DNA from: Aeropyrum pernix K1
Lineage (GTDB): Archaea; Thermoproteota; Thermoprotei_A; Sulfolobales; Acidilobaceae
Assembly: GCF_000011125.1 (NCBI RefSeq)
Contig: NC_000854.2
Span: forward strand, 960,001 to 992,000
Length of the DNA stretch: 32,000 nucleotides
Direction of reading: 5' to 3'
Shown here piece by piece: positions 27,259 through 32,000 of the stretch. The position numbers were made by a program, and so were the translations under genes. A model generated the notes under the pieces. That model was not told the origin of the DNA. It saw only the letters and a program-made list of their open reading frames with translations, and did no database searches. How positions within the stretch are numbered: the stretch's first letter is position 1; each line of letters starts with the position of its first letter.

Positions 27259-27438
27259 GTGGCTAGGGTAAGGATAGTGGCCAAGAAGAACGGGCCCTAC
27301 CTACTCGAGGTAGACGGGAAGGTCCAGACGGCCCTGTGCCGCTGCGGCCACTCCAACAACAAGCCCTACTGCGACGGAACCCACGCTAGAGTGGGGTTCC
27401 AGGCTGATGAGAAGGTGGCCTTCGAGGCAGAGTTCTAA
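27259..27438 (+). CDS. CDGSH-type iron-sulfur domain protein (59 aa)
   Basis: Not in the supplied ORF track (GTG start, <60 aa). My translation is (M)ARVRIVAKKNGPYLLEVDGKVQTALCRCGHSNNKPYCDGTHARVGFQADEKVAFEAEF*. It contains the CDGSH signature C-x-C-x2-S-x3-P-x-C-D-G-T-H. Confidence 0.8.
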   Translation: MARVRIVAKKNGPYLLEVDGKVQTALCRCGHSNNKPYCDGTHARVGFQADEKVAFEAEF

Positions 27439-27491
27439 AACCGCGCCTGGGAGAAGTAGCGTCCCCGCGAAACTCTAAGGCTACCTCCTTT

Positions 27492-27953
27492 TTGTCTTTC
27501 CGTGTAGACTTCGATTCTGGGGGTTGTTTGGCGAGGGTGAGGTATGAGAGGGCCCCGGACGTGTGCCGGGCCGCTGAGGTCCTCGTAGACGCTCTCGGAC
27601 TAGACTATATCGACGTCTCCAGGGTGTACTGCGTGAGGAGCTGGGGGAGTAGGGGGAGGGCTTATGCGAGGATCTACGGGACGCCGGGGGCTTGGGCTGC
27701 GGCCCTCGGCTATAACCCCGGCTACGTTATAGAGGTTGTCTCGGAGAAGTTCGACCCTCTGCCACTGGAGGAGAAGGTTAAGGTCGTCATACATGAGCTG
27801 CTCCACATACCCCGCACCTTCAGCGGCGGCCTCAGGGCCCATGGCCCCCTGGTTAACGGGAGGAGGGTTGCAGCGCTGTACAGGAGGGTCAGGGGTGATG
27901 CCAGGGTTATGGGCATCCTCCGCGAAGCCTTGGATGGAGGCCCTCAAGAATAG
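27492..27953 (+). CDS. predicted zinc metallopeptidase (HExxH), COG4900-like
   Basis: 153 aa, TTG start. VKVVIHELLHIPRTFSGGLRAHG contains HELLH plus a downstream His. Family assignment is from memory only. Confidence 0.65.
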   Translation: MSFRVDFDSGGCLARVRYERAPDVCRAAEVLVDALGLDYIDVSRVYCVRSWGSRGRAYARIYGTPGAWAAALGYNPGYVIEVVSEKFDPLPLEEKVKVVIHELLHIPRTFSGGLRAHGPLVNGRRVAALYRRVRGDARVMGILREALDGGPQE

Positions 27954-28626
27954 CTCCCAGCAGGGCCGCGGCCCCGGCCATGGCGAGAATGGCCAGCTTC
28001 CCAAGCCCCCAGCGTAGCCCGGCCTCGCGGCCCTCCCTGGCCACGACACCCGGCTCCCCTGCATCCCCTTTAGCGGTGCTGGCGGCTGTGGCCCCGTCCT
28101 GCCGCTCCTGGAGGGTTATGAGGAGGATGGCGTTGCCTGGGCTTAGCGTTACCGTGGCGGCCATTATCTCCCCTGGCTCCGGCTGGGCGAGTGTTAGCAT
28201 GCCTTCGAGGTCTAGGAGGACCTCAGCCGCTCCATCCCTGCAGTAGACTCTGGTGTAGCCGAGGGCTATCTCCCTCACCCCAAGGCTGCCAAGGTAGGCG
28301 TGTACATCGGGGGTGAGGTCCTCGCAGCCCTTGGGAGGGGTTGTGCGTAGCCTGAGCACGCCGTCCTCCTTCTCCACGTCTACCTCGAGGCCGTTGCTAG
28401 CTAGTATGATGGCGGTGAGCCCTCCAGGCAACGGCGTCCTGTAGCTCTCGCGGTAGACTAGGTCCTGGGGGGAGTATACGAGGCCCCGGCCTCCCGGGAG
28501 CTCTAGGGTGGTGACCCCGCCGGGGAGGTTTAGGGTTAGCCCTTCCCCAGCCGCCGAATGATGAGCTGGCCCTGTCGCCAGAAGCAGGATTGCCAGGAGC
28601 AGGGGGAGAGCGGGCCTATTCTTCAA
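27907..28626 (-). CDS. secreted / C-terminally membrane-anchored hypothetical protein
   Basis: 239 aa. N-terminal signal-like MKNRPALPLLLAILLLATGPAHHSAAG, C-terminal TM LGKLAILAMAGAAALLGAILEGL. 47-nt convergent overlap with the HExxH gene. Confidence 0.6.
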   Translation of the reverse strand: MKNRPALPLLLAILLLATGPAHHSAAGEGLTLNLPGGVTTLELPGGRGLVYSPQDLVYRESYRTPLPGGLTAIILASNGLEVDVEKEDGVLRLRTTPPKGCEDLTPDVHAYLGSLGVREIALGYTRVYCRDGAAEVLLDLEGMLTLAQPEPGEIMAATVTLSPGNAILLITLQERQDGATAASTAKGDAGEPGVVAREGREAGLRWGLGKLAILAMAGAAALLGAILEGLHPRLRGGCP

Positions 28627-29278
28627 CAGACTTTACCTCCTCCTCCAACGCCAGGATGTACTCGAGGAGCTCGACGGGGGTTAGGACGGTGAGCCCCAGG
28701 TCCTCCGCGGCCCTCCTAAGCCCCTCATCGCTCGTGACAATAGCGGCCCCCAGCTCGAGGGCGAGGAGGAGGGTGTCAACATCCTCGACACTGTCTAGCA
28801 TCCCCTTCCTAGTGTACTCCCTGTATTTCTCCCTGAGCGACCTGACTATATCACCCTCCTCGTCCCGGCTCCTAAGCGCCCTCCTCACGTGATCCTCAGC
28901 CACCCTAAGCCCCTTGTCGAGCCTGGCCCTAACGGTCTCCACATACCTTCTGAACATGGCTGCTGGGAGGCGCAGCTCATGCGTGGTGGGCGGCTTAACC
29001 CTCACCCACGCCATAAGCCTGGCAATGGTTGTAGGGTGCACGCCGTTCCCCAGCATGAACCTCTCTATCTCAGCCCTGACGCTAGGAGTTATGTACACCG
29101 TCAGCCCCATCCTGGAAGCCCGGGCCAGTATCCTAGCCATTATCCTGGCAGCCTCCTCCAGGCTCCTGGCCCCGAGGACCTCGCGCAGCTTGGCGTCGGT
29201 AAACATGGTCGTGTCTGCCACCACAACGCTGCCCACGCTCGGCGGAGGCCTCCCGCCCACGCCAGCCACCCCCTCCAA
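28616..29278 (-). CDS. RNA ligase partner protein (PIN-like domain, MJ_0950 family)
   Basis: 220 aa, immediately downstream of the RNA ligase gene on the same strand. PIN-like acidic residues (VVVADTTMF ... DSVEDVDTLLLALELGAAIVTSDEGL). Confidence 0.8.
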   Translation of the reverse strand: MEGVAGVGGRPPPSVGSVVVADTTMFTDAKLREVLGARSLEEAARIMARILARASRMGLTVYITPSVRAEIERFMLGNGVHPTTIARLMAWVRVKPPTTHELRLPAAMFRRYVETVRARLDKGLRVAEDHVRRALRSRDEEGDIVRSLREKYREYTRKGMLDSVEDVDTLLLALELGAAIVTSDEGLRRAAEDLGLTVLTPVELLEYILALEEEVKSVEE

Positions 29279-29296
29279 CCCCCATGTCCCTCACTT

Positions 29297-30496
29297 CTAG
29301 TCTAGAGGGCTGATTCCCGTCTCCAGTATCCTGGCTATCTCGCCCTCACTCTTCCTAGGCTTCCTGAAAGCCACCCTAACACCATCTACACCCCTAGCAA
29401 CACCAGCTATCTCCAGGTGCACACCCAGGCTTGCGAAGTAGGCTATAACCTCTTCCGCCTCAACCTCGTTAGCGAACACCAGCTCGAACTCCTCCACAAG
29501 CCGCCCACCCCTGCTGACCGCCTCCACAGCCTCTATGGCAGGCGCCAGTATAGCCTCGCCCAGCTCCCCGTACCTCCTGCGGCCCGTCTCCCACTCCCTG
29601 AATATCTCCCTGAGGATTCGGGGGAATAGGAAGGACCTACCCTCCTCGAACGGGTACCTCATGCCCAGCCTGATGTCACCTATGTTGGTCCTGCTGGTGG
29701 TGTATTTCAGTGGCTCTACCCTGCCCTCCGGGTCCTTCACTATAACGCCCTCCCTACCCCTCTTCTCGAGGTCCTCAACAATCGTGTAGAGCCTTTCCAC
29801 GCCCGAAGCGGTAGCAGGGATCTCGGCGAGTAGGTTGACCGTCTTGAGCCCGTACTCGGGGGCGAGGCTAAACTTCACCCGGGGCGGGAGCTGGCGGCCT
29901 CCCTTGAATATGTCGAAGATGAAGTAGCCGAAGCCCGGGGCCTCCTCGTAGTAGTATCTAGTGTAGGGGTTCTCGAGGCCTACAACCTCTCCCGCAATGA
30001 AGGAGCCCTCGGCCCCCAGGTCCTCTAGGATCTTCTGGAGAGCCCCCCCGTAGAGCCTCCTCAGCCTCCTCGTAGTGTAGGGGCATATTAAGCCGCCCCG
30101 TGTAGCCGCGTAGACCATGCCGCCGAGCGTGAAGACCCTCACGTTGTAGCCGTTCATCTTCTCCTCAACAAGCACAGTCGGCCCAGGGAACCATCTCGGC
30201 ACGGCCACCCTCGGCAGCAGCATCCTCTTTATCGACGGGTAGCCCCAGACCACAATCTGCTCCCCCCGCCTGAAGGCCACGAGGGTCCCCTCAGGCACGC
30301 CGCGGAACTGCCTCCTGAACCCTACGTAGACTACGTCCTCGAACCTCGAGACCCTAACGCTCCTCCTCGTGGAGAGGGCTTCAAGATCGACGCTACCCGG
30401 ATCCACACCAACGGCCCTCAGGGCACTGGCGAGGACCTCAGCCGCGCTGGCCAAAGCAGGAGCACCCGGTGATAAGTCTTGTAGTAGGCCGGGCAA
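29297..30496 (-). CDS. ATP-dependent RNA ligase, Rnl3 / Pab1020 family
   Basis: 399 aa, TTG start. Nucleotidyltransferase motif I VEEKMNGYNVRVF (lysine adenylylation site). The N-terminal and C-terminal dimerisation-domain layout resembles the Pyrococcus Pab1020 enzyme. Confidence 0.9.
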   Translation of the reverse strand: MPGLLQDLSPGAPALASAAEVLASALRAVGVDPGSVDLEALSTRRSVRVSRFEDVVYVGFRRQFRGVPEGTLVAFRRGEQIVVWGYPSIKRMLLPRVAVPRWFPGPTVLVEEKMNGYNVRVFTLGGMVYAATRGGLICPYTTRRLRRLYGGALQKILEDLGAEGSFIAGEVVGLENPYTRYYYEEAPGFGYFIFDIFKGGRQLPPRVKFSLAPEYGLKTVNLLAEIPATASGVERLYTIVEDLEKRGREGVIVKDPEGRVEPLKYTTSRTNIGDIRLGMRYPFEEGRSFLFPRILREIFREWETGRRRYGELGEAILAPAIEAVEAVSRGGRLVEEFELVFANEVEAEEVIAYFASLGVHLEIAGVARGVDGVRVAFRKPRKSEGEIARILETGISPLD

Positions 30497-30525
30497 AACT
30501 GTGTATCCAAGACTGGGGGTATGAG

Positions 30526-30858
30526 CTAGAATACCAGGGGGGTGTACCCTTTGCCTAGGAGCTCCGCTATCTTAGCCCCCACGTACTCGACCCTCACCTT
30601 ATCCTTCAGCGCCTCCTCGAAGCCACCCTGCTCGGCGACCCTCTTGCACGCCAGGGGGGTTCCCTTGACCTGGGAGTAGGCCGCTATAGCCTCCAGGAGC
30701 CTCTGGTTGCCCCTAGCTATCTCAGCCTCGATAGGCCCGAAGAATATTAGCTCCACATCCTCGGCCCAGCCCCTCTTCAAAGCGTTGGTAGCCCAGAGCA
30801 TGCCCGTCAAAGCCTTGTCAACATCGCTGCTCGATATGATAACCAGGGCTTTCACCAA
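30526..30858 (-). CDS. DsrE/DsrF-like family protein
   Basis: 110 aa. MVKALVIISSSDVDKALTGMLWATNALKRGWAEDVELIFFGPIE fits the small DsrE-like Rossmann-type fold pattern. Not verified. Confidence 0.6.
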   Translation of the reverse strand: MVKALVIISSSDVDKALTGMLWATNALKRGWAEDVELIFFGPIEAEIARGNQRLLEAIAAYSQVKGTPLACKRVAEQGGFEEALKDKVRVEYVGAKIAELLGKGYTPLVF

Positions 30859-30886
30859 AGCCTGCCACCATTAGAATATACTGTCT

Positions 30887-30903
30887 GCATAAATTATTTA
30901 TGC
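30887..30903. promoter_or_regulatory. perfect 8+1+8 AT-rich palindrome in the promoter region of the DsrE-like gene
   Basis: gcataaat-t-atttatgc lies 29-45 nt upstream of the start at 30858, next to a second TATA-like ttagaatata (30871..30880). Candidate operator overlapping the TATA box. Confidence 0.4.
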
Positions 30904-30987
30904 CGATATGGCGAGCGGGCTAGAGTCCCCTCAGGCCTTGCTTAACAAGCCTCCCCGGCCCCTGCTCCGGCCTAATGACCAGGCAGG

Positions 30988-31461
30988 CTAGCCTCCAACC
31001 CTGAAGCCAGCTTCGACCAGTATTCGCTCCCCACTATAGACGTCTTCAAGAATTTTCACGATCTTATACTCCCCGGGATAGAAGTCAAAAGATTCTGGTT
31101 TAAAAACTGCTACAACCTTAGTCTCCCCATGCTTTATAACGTCATTAGCGACGGGGAAAACAGGGTTAAACTCGGGATCCGCCACCCATGCCCCGCCGTC
31201 CCACGTGTACAAGGTCCACCCGAAGCGGTACTCCAGCGTTCGACCGCTGTTATTCACAAGTTTGACTGTTACAGTGTCGCCTTCACCATAAACTTTCTTA
31301 TCCGGCTCCAGAAAAACAGACTCACCCCCCATATCCTCCGACGGGAGATTCATGCTTGTTAATGCGAGGTAGGTCGAGGGCACCGCTACAAGAATACCCA
31401 GGAGAAAACCGGCCAGAACAAATTTAAACATAACACCTGCACAACCGGGAACTGTACCCAC
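30988..31461 (-). CDS. N-terminally membrane-anchored protein with a beta-sandwich (Ig-like/BsuPI-like) ectodomain
   Basis: 157 aa from GTG 31461 (alternative ATG at 31431). TM FKFVLAGFLLGILVAVPSTYLAL, then an all-beta-looking domain (KKVYGEGDTVTVKLVNNSGRTLEYRFGWTLYTWDGGAWV). GC lower than its neighbours. Confidence 0.6.
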   Translation of the reverse strand: MGTVPGCAGVMFKFVLAGFLLGILVAVPSTYLALTSMNLPSEDMGGESVFLEPDKKVYGEGDTVTVKLVNNSGRTLEYRFGWTLYTWDGGAWVADPEFNPVFPVANDVIKHGETKVVAVFKPESFDFYPGEYKIVKILEDVYSGERILVEAGFRVGG

Positions 31462-31484
31462 TAGACCAGTGGGAGACCGTACAG

Positions 31485-31495
31485 TTAAATATAAG
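31485..31495 (-). promoter_or_regulatory. TATA-like box for gene 30988..31461
   Basis: The plus strand reads ttaaatataag (minus strand cttatatttaa), 24-34 nt upstream of the GTG at 31461. Confidence 0.35.
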
Positions 31496-31690
31496 TATGT
31501 ACCCCAGCTGTTTATCCCGAATTTACAGGCAAGCCATCGACCATACAGGCCCTCCGCCGGGAGACCCCTCCGGGCCCTGGCAGGCTTATCCTGTTTCAGT
31601 AATGTATTCTGGCGTTTCGGGAGAAAGCGATGTGATTCCCAGGAGGTTTCTGAAGGCTGGTGGCTGGGTAGGCCGGTTTCGCTGTTCGGG

Positions 31691-32000
31691 TTAAAGCAAC
31701 CGTATCATATGGTGAAGCATATCCACTATAATGCCGGCACCTATGATTATAGGCACGGCTAGGTTCAGGTTGAAGCTCTCCTTAACCCTTCCAAGCCAAG
31801 CCATAGCCTGCACAAGTATTATCACTAAGGCTGTTAGGGCTGTAGAGACCGTGGCTATAGCTCCGAGGCCGTAGGCTTCTACTCCTGCTATGAATAGGGC
31901 GACGGCTGCAGCGTGCATGGCCAGTGAAGCCGCTAGAGCCCCCTTTGGCCCCAGCAGGGCTGGTATACTTCCTAAGCCATGACTCCTGTCGAAGTCTATA
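31691..32000 (-). CDS. integral membrane protein, 3' part (gene continues beyond the window edge)
   Basis: The track shows 75 aa from the ATG at 31918. My translation shows the same frame stays open to position 32000 (...IDFDRSHGLGSIPALLGPKGALAASLAMHAAAVALF...). Hydrophobic throughout. Confidence 0.5.
   Translation of the reverse strand, partial: IDFDRSHGLGSIPALLGPKGALAASLAMHAAAVALFIAGVEAYGLGAIATVSTALTALVIILVQAMAWLGRVKESFNLNLAVPIIIGAGIIVDMLHHMIRLL

Noticed and set aside
27600-28064. 154-aa minus-strand ORF, and 27736..28017 (+), overlapping the HExxH and secreted-protein genes
   Set aside because: They are out of frame with the better-supported genes, Pro/Gly/Arg-rich, and have no start context.
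28889-29305. 138-aa and 128-aa + strand ORFs opposite the RNA ligase partner gene
   Set aside because: Antisense shadows. The minus-strand product has PIN-like motifs and conserved linkage to the ligase.

Overview
GC-rich archaeal chromosome segment, about 60-65% G+C in the lines I hand-counted. It looks like a hyperthermophilic crenarchaeon of the Aeropyrum type. The 582-aa S9 peptidase at 15879..17627 matches, from memory, the crystallised Aeropyrum pernix K1 acylaminoacyl peptidase; this needs BLAST confirmation. Most of the window is densely packed core genes: YjbQ, RFC small and large subunits, a CDP-alcohol phosphatidyltransferase and a GT4 glycosyltransferase, an archaeal MiaB-like methylthiotransferase, aIF2-beta, a PflX-like radical SAM protein, triosephosphate isomerase, TmcA, the acylaminoacyl peptidase, an ABC-2 exporter pair, a frameshifted ClC channel, a zinc-type alcohol dehydrogenase (ADH), an MBL hydrolase, a CDGSH mini-protein missing from the ORF track, an HExxH protein, and an Rnl3-type RNA ligase with its PIN partner. 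The clear outlier is a ~2.9 kb strongly AT-rich island (23075..25948) between the ADH gene and the 3' end of tRNA-Gly(CCC). It carries (i) a 279-aa protein that fuses an HsdR-N-type PD-(D/E)xK nuclease to a C-terminal Mrr_N-like winged helix, (ii) a RelE-family toxin with an atypical upstream partner, and (iii) a small HTH ORF abutting the tRNA. No integrase or long att duplication is visible. The last ~250 nt of the ADH gene, plus a 106-nt A/C-only tail, switch abruptly to A/C-ending codons. The switch point coincides with a 15-nt string built from two segments of the tRNA gene. Many long antisense shadow ORFs in the track are artefacts of high GC. No CRISPR array or rRNA was seen. All domain calls rest on motifs read by eye, not on searches.
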